From an uncultured Anaerolineales bacterium (GTDB lineage: Bacteria; Chloroflexota; Anaerolineae; UBA7937; B3-Chlor): DNA of 64,000 bases. The translations under genes and the position numbers were made by a program. The stretch lies in NCBI GenBank assembly GCA_964577995.1, contig CAZOBP010000003.1, positions 10,396 to 74,395 of the forward strand, given 5' to 3'. The first letter of the stretch is position 1. Each line of letters starts with the position of its first letter. Below are positions 38,169-48,692 of the stretch, piece after piece. The notes beneath the pieces are model-generated. The model was not told the origin of the DNA. It saw only the letters and a list, made by a program, of their open reading frames with translations, and did no database searches.

Positions 38169-39998
38169 ATGACCATCCCCAACATCAAGGAGACACTCAG
38201 TTCCATACCCGCGCGGCCGGGCGTGTACTTGATGAAAGGAGAGACCGATGAAGTCCTCTACGTGGGCAAGGCGGTCAACCTCCACAATCGGGTACGCTCC
38301 TACTTCCATGCCTCCGCTGCCCACGCTCCCAAGGTCCAGCGCCTGGTAGAGAGCGCGGCTGACCTGGATTTCTTCGTTACCGACTCAGAACTGGAAGCGC
38401 TCATCCTCGAGTGCAATCTCATCAAGAAGCATCGTCCTCGCTACAACGTTCGGCTGAAGGACGACAAACGTTACCCGTACATCAAGATCACCTGGCAGGA
38501 GGACTATCCGCGCGTCCAGGTCGTGCGGCGGATGCAGAGGGACGGCGCCCGATACTTCGGCCCCTATGCTTCAACCTCCGCCATGCGCCAGACGCTTGAT
38601 CTACTGCGGCGCATCTTCCCCTACCTGACCTGCAGCCGGACGATAACGGGAACGGATGATCGCGCCTGCCTCTATTATCACATCAAGCGGTGCCTGGGGC
38701 CTTGCATCGGAGCGATCTCCAAAGAAGAGTATCGAGACATGATGAACCAGGTCTGTCTCTTCCTGCAAGGCAAGAGTGGGGAGATCGTGGATTCTCTACG
38801 GCAGCGCATGGAGTCTGCTGCCGAGAGCATGGACTTCGAGCGAGCAGCGAGCCTGAGAGATCAGCTCAACGCCGTGGAGCAAGTGGTCGAGCAACAGAGG
38901 GTAGTCTCTGGGTCACCAGTGGATCAGGATGCCATCGCCTTCGCCCGACAGGACGGTGAGGTGTGTGTCCAGGTGTTCTTTGTCCGCGGCGGCAAGCTGG
39001 TGGGCCACGAGTACTTCCTGATGGAAGGAGGAGATGGCGTCGAGGCAGAGGAGATACTCGCCTCCTTCCTCAAACAGTTCTATGACCACGCTGCGCTGGT
39101 CCCTCCCGAGATCCTGTTGCAGGTGGAAATCGAGGACGACGAGACTATCGCACGCTGGCTGAAGGAGAAGCGAGGTGGAAAGGTCACCCTGCGAACCCCC
39201 CGCCGTGGCCAGAAGCGCAAGCTGCTGGAGATGGTAGAGGAAAACGCCAGCGAAACCCTTAGCCACCTGATGGCGATCCAGCAGGCCGAGAAGGACAAGA
39301 GCCTGTCGGCTTTGGCTGACCTCCAGGATCGGCTCGGGCTCGACACACGACCAATGCGCATTGAAGCGTATGACGTCTCCAACATCCAGGGAGCGGCGGC
39401 AACGGGGAGCATGGTCGTGTTCCTGGAGGGCACGCCCGCCAAGAGTGAGTATCGTCGCTTCAAGATACGGGGCATCCAGCGTCCCGACGACTACGCCATG
39501 ATGGATGAGGTCCTGCGACGCCGTTTCGCCAGAGCCAGGGCCTCAGATGCGAGTACTTCAGGGTCATGGGCACAGATCCCAGACCTGATCGTCGTCGATG
39601 GAGGTAAGGGCCAACTGAACACCGCTGTGGAGGTGCTGGCAGGATATGAGCTGGACGACGTACCCGCGGTCGGTCTGGCCAAGGCCCGAGAAGAGGTCTT
39701 CAAGCCAGGACAGTCCCAGCCCATCACGCTTCCCCTGGACTCTCCCGGGCTCCAGCTCTTGCAGCGCGTCCGCGACGAGGCTCACCGCTTCGCCATCAGC
39801 TACCACCAGGGCCTGCGACGCCGACAGGGCCTGAGTTCCGTGCTCGAGGAGATCCCAGGCATCGGAGCCAAGCGCAGGGGCGCCCTCTTGAGACGGTTCG
39901 GCTCCCTGGAAGGCATCCGCGAAGCCAGCCTCGACGATCTATCCTCTGTAGATGGCATGAGCAGGACTCTAGCCAGCAGAGTACGAGAATCCCTCTAG
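38169..39998 (+). CDS. uvrC: excinuclease ABC subunit C
   Basis: GIY-YIG (GVYLMKGE.DEVLYVGKA.NL..R..SYF), UvrBC, RNaseH-like endonuclease and C-terminal HhH. Confidence 0.95.
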   Translation: MTIPNIKETLSSIPARPGVYLMKGETDEVLYVGKAVNLHNRVRSYFHASAAHAPKVQRLVESAADLDFFVTDSELEALILECNLIKKHRPRYNVRLKDDKRYPYIKITWQEDYPRVQVVRRMQRDGARYFGPYASTSAMRQTLDLLRRIFPYLTCSRTITGTDDRACLYYHIKRCLGPCIGAISKEEYRDMMNQVCLFLQGKSGEIVDSLRQRMESAAESMDFERAASLRDQLNAVEQVVEQQRVVSGSPVDQDAIAFARQDGEVCVQVFFVRGGKLVGHEYFLMEGGDGVEAEEILASFLKQFYDHAALVPPEILLQVEIEDDETIARWLKEKRGGKVTLRTPRRGQKRKLLEMVEENASETLSHLMAIQQAEKDKSLSALADLQDRLGLDTRPMRIEAYDVSNIQGAAATGSMVVFLEGTPAKSEYRRFKIRGIQRPDDYAMMDEVLRRRFARARASDASTSGSWAQIPDLIVVDGGKGQLNTAVEVLAGYELDDVPAVGLAKAREEVFKPGQSQPITLPLDSPGLQLLQRVRDEAHRFAISYHQGLRRRQGLSSVLEEIPGIGAKRRGALLRRFGSLEGIREASLDDLSSVDGMSRTLASRVRESL

Positions 39999-40010
39999 GT
40001 GAGGAGGGCC

Positions 40011-42113
40011 ATGAAACACCGCATAGGTCTACTGAGGAAGACTTACCTCTTCGGTGACCTACCCGAGGAGGACCTTCGTCGTTTCTCTGCTCTGCTGAAG
40101 GAGAGGTCGGACCGCGCCCGGAGCACCATCTACCGGCAGGGCGATCCGGACCACAACCTGTACATCGTCGTATCGGGCAGCTTGAGGGCCTGGAACCGCG
40201 ACGAGCGGGGGCGGGACAGGGTCGTCGCCCGGCTCCGGTCGGGAGACTGCTTTGGCACCCACTCGCTCTTGACGGGCGAACGCCGCGACGTGACGGTCGA
40301 GGTGGAGGAACCATCAGTGTTACTGTACCTGGACAAGCAGGACTTCGACTCGCTCCTGGAGGACCATCCACATCTACGCGAGGCATTGTCGCTACGCATC
40401 TACGAGCGCTTGAGGCGAGTGCCTCTCTTCAGCCAACTGTCTGACGACGATCTCCAGCGAATCGCCCTGGTCATGGGGCAGACCCGATATCGTCGCCGAA
40501 GCACCATCTACCTCGAAGGAGAGTTGAGCTCCACATTCTACATCATAGAGTCGGGCAGAGTTGCCCTGCTCTCCAAAGAGGAGAACGGCCAGGAAAGGGT
40601 GATCACCCATCTGCGAGACGGGGACTTCTTCGGTGAACGTTCCCTGCTCACCCGACAGCCCAGAGATACTGGTGTCCAAACAGTCGAGGATACCAGGTTC
40701 CTGTACCTGAACGGGAAGGATTTCGACAGGCTCATGCAAGAGGTCCCCTCCATCAGGGAGAATCTGACCCTGGAAGCGCAGGCCCGGGAGGTGATGGTCA
40801 GCCAGCGGTTCCCCTGGCAGCGTGAAGGAGAAGTGCTGATCTCACTATCCCGCAAGCACGTGTATTCCTTTGTCCGTAGTCTGTGGGTTCTTCTATTGCC
40901 TCTCCTCTGTCTGGGCATCGTCGTCACTCTCGGACGCACCTTTCTCTGGCCCAATCTGTGGATCTACGTCGCCGCTGCGCTTGTTGCCGCGCTGGCGGGG
41001 GCAGTCACCCTATGGTTGTGGGCCGACTGGCGTAACGACTACTATGCCATCACCAACAAGAGAGTGGTACACCGGGAGAAGACCATCCTCCTGCGGGAAT
41101 CTCGCGACGAGGCCCCCCTGGAGAGCATTCAGGACATCTCCTTGCTCATGCCCGGCATAACTGGCAGGGTATTCGGCTTCAATGATCTGAGCATCCAGAC
41201 AGCCGGAGCCAAAGGGCGCATCGTCTTCAAGACGGTGGGCAGCGCTGCCTGGATCAGGGACAGACTCTTCGAACAGTTGGAGCGCATCAAGGCCGAGGAC
41301 AAGGGAGAAGAGCGAGACGCGATCCGCTACAGGTTGCAGGTGGAGTTGGGACACGCGGAAACGGAGAAAGGACCTCCTCTTGCCCGCGAAAACTTGCCCG
41401 CCAGTGCGGCGTCGGAGCCCTCGCTGGCAGATCGACGTGACAGCCCTCGGCCGACGGGTGTGCTGAGCGCCCTCCGTAGCTATCTGATACCCCGCATGCG
41501 CACGGAGGACGGCGGTGTCGTGACCTGGAGGAAGCACTGGTTCAGGCTGGTGGAGAAAGTTGCTGGCACAGCCATTCTGTTGTTCATCCTCGCGCAATTG
41601 GGCGCCGCAGCCTTGCTGGAGCTGGCCACGCCCACGCCGCGCTTCGAGGGTCTGTTCTGGGCCGCTTTGTTTTTGGGAGGTGCGCTGGCTCTGTTCCTGG
41701 TGTGGTTCAGGTACGAGGACTGGCGCAACGACATCTACCAATTGACAAACGAAAGAATCATAGACATCGAGAGACTGCCCCTGGGCCTGCGCGAGGAGCG
41801 CAGGGAAGCCAGTCTGTCCATGATCCAGGACATCGGATACGAGATCCCGGGCCCCATCGCCAATCTACTCGACTATGGACACGTGGTCATCGAGACAGCA
41901 GGCAGAGAAGCGGTCTTCACCTTCTCCTGGGTACACGAACCCCGCCGCGTCCAGGAGGAGGTATTCGCCCGCATGGACGCCTTCCGCGAAAGGGCGAGGC
42001 AGCAACAGAGGGAGAGGAGGGCGGATGAACTACTGGACTGGTTCGCCACCTACACCGAGCTGTCACAGGACCAGACAGGTCCGCCAGCACCGGAAAAGGA
42101 TGAAAGCCCCTGA
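40011..42113 (+). CDS. membrane protein with two N-terminal cyclic-nucleotide-binding (cNMP) domains and two TM-flanked bacterial PH (YdbT/DUF304-like) modules
   Basis: Two cNMP signatures (FG..SLLTGERRD; FGERSLLTRQPRD); two hydrophobic hairpins each followed by a YYAITNKRVV / IYQLTNERII PH-like segment; RBS GAGGAGG before the ATG. Confidence 0.8.
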   Translation: MKHRIGLLRKTYLFGDLPEEDLRRFSALLKERSDRARSTIYRQGDPDHNLYIVVSGSLRAWNRDERGRDRVVARLRSGDCFGTHSLLTGERRDVTVEVEEPSVLLYLDKQDFDSLLEDHPHLREALSLRIYERLRRVPLFSQLSDDDLQRIALVMGQTRYRRRSTIYLEGELSSTFYIIESGRVALLSKEENGQERVITHLRDGDFFGERSLLTRQPRDTGVQTVEDTRFLYLNGKDFDRLMQEVPSIRENLTLEAQAREVMVSQRFPWQREGEVLISLSRKHVYSFVRSLWVLLLPLLCLGIVVTLGRTFLWPNLWIYVAAALVAALAGAVTLWLWADWRNDYYAITNKRVVHREKTILLRESRDEAPLESIQDISLLMPGITGRVFGFNDLSIQTAGAKGRIVFKTVGSAAWIRDRLFEQLERIKAEDKGEERDAIRYRLQVELGHAETEKGPPLARENLPASAASEPSLADRRDSPRPTGVLSALRSYLIPRMRTEDGGVVTWRKHWFRLVEKVAGTAILLFILAQLGAAALLELATPTPRFEGLFWAALFLGGALALFLVWFRYEDWRNDIYQLTNERIIDIERLPLGLREERREASLSMIQDIGYEIPGPIANLLDYGHVVIETAGREAVFTFSWVHEPRRVQEEVFARMDAFRERARQQQRERRADELLDWFATYTELSQDQTGPPAPEKDESP

Positions 42114-42167
42114 AACCGAAGAGGGACGTGACCGCAATCACGCCCCTCTCTGTGCCAGGTTCGCTTG

Positions 42168-43079
42168 CTAGCTTGCTTTGGACCCTCTTCTCCGGCGCCT
42201 GCGCAGGTACCAGATCAACCAAACCAGCACCAATGGCGCTACGAGGATGGCCGCGACTGGCAGCAGGAACAGCACCGCCCAGATCAGCACATCGGCCAGG
42301 AACTCCAGGGCGTTGACCAAAGCCCGCAGGGCGTCCCTCGCCTGTCTGAGCGGTTCCCAACCCGGCTCCACCACAGGCTCCTCGATCTCCTCTGGCGTCA
42401 GGGTGATGGTCAGGGTAGCCAGAGCCGATGCGTGCTCCAGATACTGCATCCTGCCCTTGATCTGCTCGATCTGCTGCCTGACGTTGGTGATCTCGTTGTA
42501 GATAGCCAGAATGCTCTCGGCGTTCTTATGGGTCTCTTGGGCTGAAGCCAGGAGTTCCAAGAGCTCCCCCTCGGCCACCTCCAGATTATTGAGGCGAGCC
42601 TCCAGGTCCACGTACTCCTCAGTGACGTCCTGCCCCGAAACATTCTCGCTCTCGAGCTCTATGGCAAGCTCCTTGATGCGCTCTCTAGCCTGGTCGAAGG
42701 ACCCCTCGGGGATGCGTACGGTCACAGTTCCCGCCAGTTGCTCATTCTGGCGCCAGGTCTGTAGATTGGAGACGTATCCCTCCAACTCCGTGGCCAGTCG
42801 CTCTATGTCCTCCAGGGTCTTTTCGGTGTCCTTGACCACGAGCGAGAGGCTGTCGGTGCGGACCATCATCCGATCGCTGACCGCATCCGCGGCACCCAGA
42901 CCCATGTCCTTCGACTCTTCCATGGGCGGAGGCGCCTCGGGCACCATGGCTGGCACCATCTCCGCAGCCACCTCGCCTTCTCGCGCCAGCGAGGCCGGCG
43001 CGGGGGCCGCCATTGCGCACCCTGCGACAAGCAGGGATATGGCTACGATCACGATCAGACAAGCGGCTCTTGTTCTCAT
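42168..43079 (-). CDS. DUF4349-like lipoprotein with coiled-coil and C-terminal TM hairpin + poly-Arg tail
   Basis: Lipobox LLVAGC; long heptad-like region; C-terminus VLIWAVLFLLPVAAILVAPLVLVWLIWYLRRRRRRGSKAS. Confidence 0.6.
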   Translation of the reverse strand: MRTRAACLIVIVAISLLVAGCAMAAPAPASLAREGEVAAEMVPAMVPEAPPPMEESKDMGLGAADAVSDRMMVRTDSLSLVVKDTEKTLEDIERLATELEGYVSNLQTWRQNEQLAGTVTVRIPEGSFDQARERIKELAIELESENVSGQDVTEEYVDLEARLNNLEVAEGELLELLASAQETHKNAESILAIYNEITNVRQQIEQIKGRMQYLEHASALATLTITLTPEEIEEPVVEPGWEPLRQARDALRALVNALEFLADVLIWAVLFLLPVAAILVAPLVLVWLIWYLRRRRRRGSKAS

Positions 43080-43149
43080 CTCTGGTCTCCTCTCAGCCTG
43101 TTTTCTATTTGTAAGACGAATCTAGAGGCCCCAGAGTTCCAGTCACCCC

Positions 43150-43887
43150 TTACCAGCCGAAGCTTAGTCGACTGATGAGGCTCTCGGGCAGACCTTCTTC
43201 CATCATGAGTCCCTGTGTAGAGTCTACGTCGTACGGTACCCGACGATACTCAACGCTCTTGGAATCAGGATCGAAGACCATGTATGCGGCATCAGGGTCG
43301 CCGTCCCGTGGCTGCCCCACGCTACCAGGGTTGATGATCAGGCGCTCTTCGTCGATCAGAATGGGGCTGGAGGGAACGGGAATACTGATCTCGAACTTGC
43401 GAGTCGCGGTCTCCTCCCGGAAGATGGCGGGGGCATGGGTATGGCCCGCGAAGCACAACTGCGTATCGAAGAACTGGAAATTGAGCTGGGCCGTGGACGG
43501 ATAGATGATGTACTCCCAGATCGGCTCCCGAGGGCTCCCGTGCACCAGTGTGCAGTTGCCCACCACGATCCGTGTGGGCAAGTTCGCCAAGTAGTCGATG
43601 TTGTCTGGACTCAACCGTTCGGCTGTCCACCGACATGCCACCTGGGCACTGGGGTTGAACTCGGCGATGCTTATCCTGCCTATGGCAGCCCAATCGTGGT
43701 TGCCGGCCACACACAGGTAGTCCGAGAACTCCCTGAGGCGATCGATACACTCGTTGGGGCAGGGTCCATAACCCACCACGTCACCAAGGCACCAAACCTG
43801 ATCTATGGTGTCCATCCCCACGTCCTCGAGAACCGCGTCGAGGGCAGTCAGGTTTCCATGTATGTCAGAAATCACAAGATAGCGCAT
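43150..43887 (-). CDS. metallophosphoesterase (calcineurin-like phosphoesterase)
   Basis: YLVISDIHGN, GDVVGYGP, AGNHD, HTHAP metal-ligand motifs. Confidence 0.8.
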   Translation of the reverse strand: MRYLVISDIHGNLTALDAVLEDVGMDTIDQVWCLGDVVGYGPCPNECIDRLREFSDYLCVAGNHDWAAIGRISIAEFNPSAQVACRWTAERLSPDNIDYLANLPTRIVVGNCTLVHGSPREPIWEYIIYPSTAQLNFQFFDTQLCFAGHTHAPAIFREETATRKFEISIPVPSSPILIDEERLIINPGSVGQPRDGDPDAAYMVFDPDSKSVEYRRVPYDVDSTQGLMMEEGLPESLISRLSFGW

Positions 43888-44143
43888 AACGTCCAATATG
43901 GTATCACACTTCGTGGAGTCTGACTAGTTGGGCCAGGCAGGAAGCGTGAGGTCCCGCCGCAGTGAGAAACCGCGAGCCGAGGTTATCAGTCGTACACGAC
44001 CACGGGACTCGCACCGCCGTCTCGCTCCTTCGATCTGGCCGACGCAAGGAGGCGACGGCTCCCAAGTTGTTCCTCCGTACCCTGTCGCCGGTGCTTGTTC
44101 ACCCTCAGCAAAGCCGATATAATTCTGCCAACCTCTGCAAGTC

Positions 44144-44644
44144 GTGGGAGATGTTTTGGACGTGGACGCTGAAGGCCTTAGCTTCATCACCCACAGCCCA
44201 GTCGAGACCCAGAGACTGGGCAGCGTGTTGGGTCGGCTGCTTGATGGGCACGAGTTGATCTGCCTGGAAGGGGAGCTAGGGACAGGAAAGACAACCCTCA
44301 TCCAGGCCGTCGGCCGCGCACAAGGTGTCACCACGCCTATCACCAGCCCCACCTTCACCCTGGTCAACGAGTATCAGGGGCAGAAGGGGAAACTCTACCA
44401 CGTGGACCTGTATCGGCTGAGCAGTCCCGAAGAGATCGTGCAGGCAGGCATCGATTCATATTTCTACGGTGATGGCATTTGCCTCCTCGAGTGGGCGGAA
44501 AAGGCGCAGTCTATCCTGCCTGCGCAGTTTCTGTACCTGATCCTTGCTCATGCCGGTGATGACAATCGACACGTCACCGTGAAGTCCAAGGGTGGCTCCT
44601 ATCGTCTTCTGCTCGCAGGCCTGAGAGGCGAACTGGAGTCTTGA
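44144..44644 (+). CDS. tsaE: tRNA t6A37 threonylcarbamoyladenosine biosynthesis protein TsaE
   Basis: P-loop LEGELGTGKTT; SPTFTLVNEY; LYHVDLYRL. Confidence 0.85.
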   Translation: MGDVLDVDAEGLSFITHSPVETQRLGSVLGRLLDGHELICLEGELGTGKTTLIQAVGRAQGVTTPITSPTFTLVNEYQGQKGKLYHVDLYRLSSPEEIVQAGIDSYFYGDGICLLEWAEKAQSILPAQFLYLILAHAGDDNRHVTVKSKGGSYRLLLAGLRGELES

Positions 44645-45345
44645 TCATGAGTCCCACCATCCTGGCCATCGACACAGCCACTGAGTTCGCCAGCGTAGCC
44701 CTGTATGACGCACAACAGGGTACTCTGGCCGAATCCTCGTGGCACACATCCATGAACCACACTGTTGAGCTGATGCCCACTGTGGTCCGTTTGATGGACA
44801 ACCAGCGGCTGTCGCCGCAACAACTGGACGCAGTGGCCGTGGCTCTGGGACCCGGTTCCTTCACGGGGCTGCGTATCGGGCTGAGTGTAGCGAAAGGCTT
44901 GTGCGTGTACCTCGGAACACCTATTATCGGCATCCCTACCCTGGATATCGTGGCCTACGCCCACTACGAACAGCAACTGCCCATCTGTGCCATTCTTCAG
45001 GCTGGGAGAGGCCGCATCTGCGCAGCCCTGTACCACAAAGTAGAGACCGGATGGCAACGGACCACCGACTACCAACTGGTCACAGTGGAAGAACTCTCCA
45101 ACCGAGCGGAGGACCGGACTCTGTTCTGTGGGGAGATAGACGAGCCCTTGCGCCGCGCCCTGACCGCGCAACTCCGGGATCGAGCCGCCATCACCCCTCG
45201 TGCCTCCTGTCTTCGCCGAGCTGCATACCTTGCCGAACTTGGATGGGAGCAGTTCCGAACACGGGGGGGCGACGAGGTGGCGAGTCTGGAACCTCTGTAT
45301 CTGCACTATCCCAAGATCGGTGAGCAAGACCATGGACCGAGCTGA
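44641..45345 (+). CDS. tsaB: tRNA t6A37 threonylcarbamoyladenosine biosynthesis protein TsaB
   Basis: ILAIDTATEFASVAL; GPGSFTGLRIG...AKGL. Confidence 0.85.
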   Translation: MIMSPTILAIDTATEFASVALYDAQQGTLAESSWHTSMNHTVELMPTVVRLMDNQRLSPQQLDAVAVALGPGSFTGLRIGLSVAKGLCVYLGTPIIGIPTLDIVAYAHYEQQLPICAILQAGRGRICAALYHKVETGWQRTTDYQLVTVEELSNRAEDRTLFCGEIDEPLRRALTAQLRDRAAITPRASCLRRAAYLAELGWEQFRTRGGDEVASLEPLYLHYPKIGEQDHGPS

Positions 45346-45970
45346 TCTACCCTACGTGGTGGAGCCGATGAAGCTAGAGGATATCCCAGAGTTGGTGGAG
45401 ATCGAGCAGCAGGCTTTTCCCAACCCCTGGCCAGCGCGCGCCTATCGTTACGAGGTCGCTCAGAACCGCCTGGCGCACTACTTCGTGGCGCGTCGGCAAC
45501 TCCCCGAAGAGCTCGAGAAGGAACCACCGGCGCGAGATGCTCATCTGCTGAAGCGGATTCAGCGCTGGGCTCAGAGCAGTCCGCAGAACAACCGCCCCAT
45601 GGTGGGATACTGTGGGTTCTGGATCGCCGCTCAGGAAGCCCACATCAGCACCATAGCGGTCGATCCCAAGCACAGAGAACGGGGCATTGGCCAGTTGCTG
45701 CTGATCACGGCGTTCGAGAAGGCCCTCGAGTTGGACGCCACCCTGGTGTCCCTGGAGGTACGGGTCACCAATTTCGTGGCTCAGAACCTCTATCGGAAGT
45801 ACGGCTTCAAGGTAGTCGGTCGGAGGCCCCGCTACTACTCCGACAACCGCGAGGACGCCCTGATTATGACCGCGGACCGCATCACTTCGGCGTCCTACCA
45901 GAGGATCTTTCAGAGAAGGCGCAAGGACTTGCTCAGACGGCTTCAGCGACACGCCCTCGTCGGCCCGTGA
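45332..45970 (+). CDS. rimI: ribosomal-protein-alanine N-acetyltransferase
   Basis: GNAT motif A (V.P.HRERGIGQLLL; LEVR..N..A..LY.K.GF); canonical tsaE-tsaB-rimI order. Confidence 0.85.
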   Translation: MDRADLPYVVEPMKLEDIPELVEIEQQAFPNPWPARAYRYEVAQNRLAHYFVARRQLPEELEKEPPARDAHLLKRIQRWAQSSPQNNRPMVGYCGFWIAAQEAHISTIAVDPKHRERGIGQLLLITAFEKALELDATLVSLEVRVTNFVAQNLYRKYGFKVVGRRPRYYSDNREDALIMTADRITSASYQRIFQRRRKDLLRRLQRHALVGP

Positions 45971-46006
45971 GAGCGGCCTGCTTCTCGCCGGTGCTCTCGA
46001 AGCGCC

Positions 46007-46897
46007 TCAGCGAATGGCGCTCATCGCAGCCGACCAGATCAGGATCTGCACCAAGAAGGCAATAGCACCCAGTGCGTAGGTGAGAAGACGCTCTTGCCGG
46101 TGCAAGGCGAACCCCAGGGTTGTGTTGACCAGAACCACTACCAGTCCTATCACGGGAAGCTCGAACAACTCCTCCCTGGCCCCGATGAGCGTGACTTGCC
46201 CCGCCTCCGAGAGCAGGGGCACGATTTCCGGCAGGCTTGGGTAGCGAAAGGCTATGTAAGCGAAGAGACCGGCGTTCGCAACAGCCGCCAACGACACCAA
46301 AGCCAGAGCCGTCCAGTCACGCCACACCGGCAATCCCGCAAGTCCCCCCTCCATCCTCACCTGCTCGAGCTTCCGGGCGGGCCCCAGCCTCTGCCGTGCA
46401 CGGACCGCCGACAGAAAACCGGTCGATTTGGCGGGAGAGATGAGGTACGAGACGGCGGTGGTGGTGATCAACAGCTCATCTGACAGACGACCGTTCGAGT
46501 AGGACAGCAGGTCGCGCCCTTCCTCGTCGCGGCCCCTGCCGATGTTGTAGCCGGGATAGTGGAAGCCCCTCTTCACCATGGCCCCGCTCTGCTCCGCAAG
46601 CGGGGTTATCGATTCGATGGCCGCCAACGGTATGATCTCCTGTCGTCTGGCCCAGGAGATGGTTATACTGTCACGCCCAAGGAGGTACTTCAAGCTGACC
46701 AGCCCATAGATCTGATAGATGATGATGGCCAGGGCCAACAAAGACAAAGCGACGAGCAGACCCATGATGAAAGAGGAGAAGGATAAGGGCCGCCTTGTCA
46801 CCGTGCCCAGCAGCACGGCGTCCAGCGCCAGGATCAGCAGTATGGCGCCAACGCCTACGCCAACACCGAGAAGTCGTTTAGGTTTCCATTGCAGCAT
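46007..46897 (-). CDS. membrane protein of unknown function (two N-terminal TMs, PH-like middle, C-terminal TMs)
   Basis: Hydrophobic profile only; no firm family. Confidence 0.45.
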   Translation of the reverse strand: MLQWKPKRLLGVGVGVGAILLILALDAVLLGTVTRRPLSFSSFIMGLLVALSLLALAIIIYQIYGLVSLKYLLGRDSITISWARRQEIIPLAAIESITPLAEQSGAMVKRGFHYPGYNIGRGRDEEGRDLLSYSNGRLSDELLITTTAVSYLISPAKSTGFLSAVRARQRLGPARKLEQVRMEGGLAGLPVWRDWTALALVSLAAVANAGLFAYIAFRYPSLPEIVPLLSEAGQVTLIGAREELFELPVIGLVVVLVNTTLGFALHRQERLLTYALGAIAFLVQILIWSAAMSAIR

Positions 46898-46953
46898 GAT
46901 GGTTTTCTTCCATCCAGCAGTACTCTCAGCGCCGGCAGTTGGCGCCGCTCAAC

Positions 46954-47841
46954 TCACTCAGACCCACCGTGAAGGGCACCATCCAGCAAACGAACCGCAT
47001 TGCCGCCCAGGATCTTGGCCTTCGTGTTTTCGCTGAGGGGCAGAGAGCGAATAGCCTCCACGTTGCGCCCGATGCTCCGAAGACCAGGCCAGTCGGACCC
47101 GAAGACAACCTTGCCAGCGTTCTTCTCCAGATCGGGGAAGTAGTCAAGCAGCTTGTGCGGCGGCAGCCCCGCGATCTCCATATACACATTGCTGTGCAGA
47201 CGCGCCAGGAAGAAGGCTCGTCGATACCAGAAACCCCGGCCACTGTGCACCTGGATCAGGGTCAGTTCAGGGAAGTCAACGGCCACATCATCGATCCACA
47301 GCGGATCGCCATACTTCAACCTGGCGCCCCTGAAAATCGACGACCCGGTGTGAATCATCACGGGGATCCCCAGTTCCTGCGCCTTGGCGTACAACGGGTA
47401 GACAATGCTATCATTGGCGTAGAACCCCTGGTACGTGGGGTACAGCTTGAGCCCCTTGAAGCCCATGTCGAGGACGTACCGTTCCAGCTTCACCACGGGA
47501 TCGCTAGTCAAGAAAGGATTGATATTGGCGAAGGGTATCAACGCCTCCTGGTCCCGACAGAATGCGGCCACCGCTTCGTTGCTTATCACCCCGGTGGTGA
47601 TGGGACTGATCTCGGCCAGCACGACGGCGTAGTCCACGCCGTTTTCTCGCAGCATCTCCACCAGGAGTTCAGGCGAAGACATGAGCTCTGCCAAGTGCTC
47701 CATGTCCCGGCCACTGGAGGCCACCAGATACTCCTGCGTCCACGGCTGTAGGTGGGCGGGATCCATGATATGTACATGGAAGTCAACTACAGGCACGAGC
47801 GCTCGTTCCCCCATCGGCTCCGATTCACGCGTCAACACCAT
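46954..47841 (-). CDS. amidohydrolase-2 family metal-dependent hydrolase (TIM barrel)
   Basis: VVDFHVHIMD metal-binding HxH near the N-terminus; GIPVMIHTG; QVHSGRG; the start is trimmed from the ORF's 47916 to Met26. Confidence 0.65.
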   Translation of the reverse strand: MVLTRESEPMGERALVPVVDFHVHIMDPAHLQPWTQEYLVASSGRDMEHLAELMSSPELLVEMLRENGVDYAVVLAEISPITTGVISNEAVAAFCRDQEALIPFANINPFLTSDPVVKLERYVLDMGFKGLKLYPTYQGFYANDSIVYPLYAKAQELGIPVMIHTGSSIFRGARLKYGDPLWIDDVAVDFPELTLIQVHSGRGFWYRRAFFLARLHSNVYMEIAGLPPHKLLDYFPDLEKNAGKVVFGSDWPGLRSIGRNVEAIRSLPLSENTKAKILGGNAVRLLDGALHGGSE

Positions 47842-47984
47842 CCTCCTGTGCACAGCCGGCACTGCGCGCTGAGCGACCCAACCTACGGGCTGGGCCTCAG
47901 GGGTGCTTGCTGGCACATCCCAGGGTTCCAGGCGCGGTCACACCCGGGTGAGAGTATACCATGTTGGCAGCGGGTGGCAAAGCC

Positions 47985-48659
47985 ATGACACCACTTCTGC
48001 TGGCGTCGGGTTCTCCGCGTCGAAGAGAGCTTCTCCATCTCCTGGGTCTTCCCTTCAGGGTCACCATTCCCCCTGGGGAAGAGACTACTGCTCCGAGCGG
48101 TGATGCACGGTGCCAGGCCTCGAACCTGGCTCGGATGAAGGCGTTGTCGGTGGCAGGCCGGAACACCGAAGATCTCATCGTGGCCGCAGACACTCTTGTG
48201 GTGCTGGAGGGCCGCGTCCTGGGTAAGCCGGAGGATGTTGCCTCGGCCCGGCACGTGCTGCAGGCTCTCCGTGGTCGGCAACATCAGGTGATCACCGGCC
48301 TCGCCGTCCTCCCTCCGTCAACAGACGCGCCAGCCGTGCAGGCGGTTGAAACGCAGGTGTGGATGAGGCGGTACGGAGACGACGAGATTGCGGCCTACGT
48401 AGCCAGGGGCGAACCCTTTGACAAAGCCGGCTCCTACGCCATTCAGGACCCACTCTTCCGTCCCGTGGAGAGAATCCAGGGCTGCTATGCCAACGTCATG
48501 GGGCTTCCTCTCTGCCACCTCTTCTGCGCGCTGAAACGCGTAGGCGTGACGGTGCCAGCGGCACCCCTCGAGGTTTGCGAAGCGCACACAGGGCACAGAT
48601 GCCTGGTCGCCGAGGCCATCCTGAGTCGGGGAATCGTTGACTTTGCCGCTGGACCGTGA
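47985..48659 (+). CDS. maf: Maf-like nucleoside triphosphate pyrophosphatase
   Basis: LLASGSPRRRELL; DT.V...G...GKP; AGSYAIQ. Confidence 0.85.
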   Translation: MTPLLLASGSPRRRELLHLLGLPFRVTIPPGEETTAPSGDARCQASNLARMKALSVAGRNTEDLIVAADTLVVLEGRVLGKPEDVASARHVLQALRGRQHQVITGLAVLPPSTDAPAVQAVETQVWMRRYGDDEIAAYVARGEPFDKAGSYAIQDPLFRPVERIQGCYANVMGLPLCHLFCALKRVGVTVPAAPLEVCEAHTGHRCLVAEAILSRGIVDFAAGP

Positions 48660-48692
48660 TACACTTGCCCGAGGGTCTCAGAGTCACGAAAC

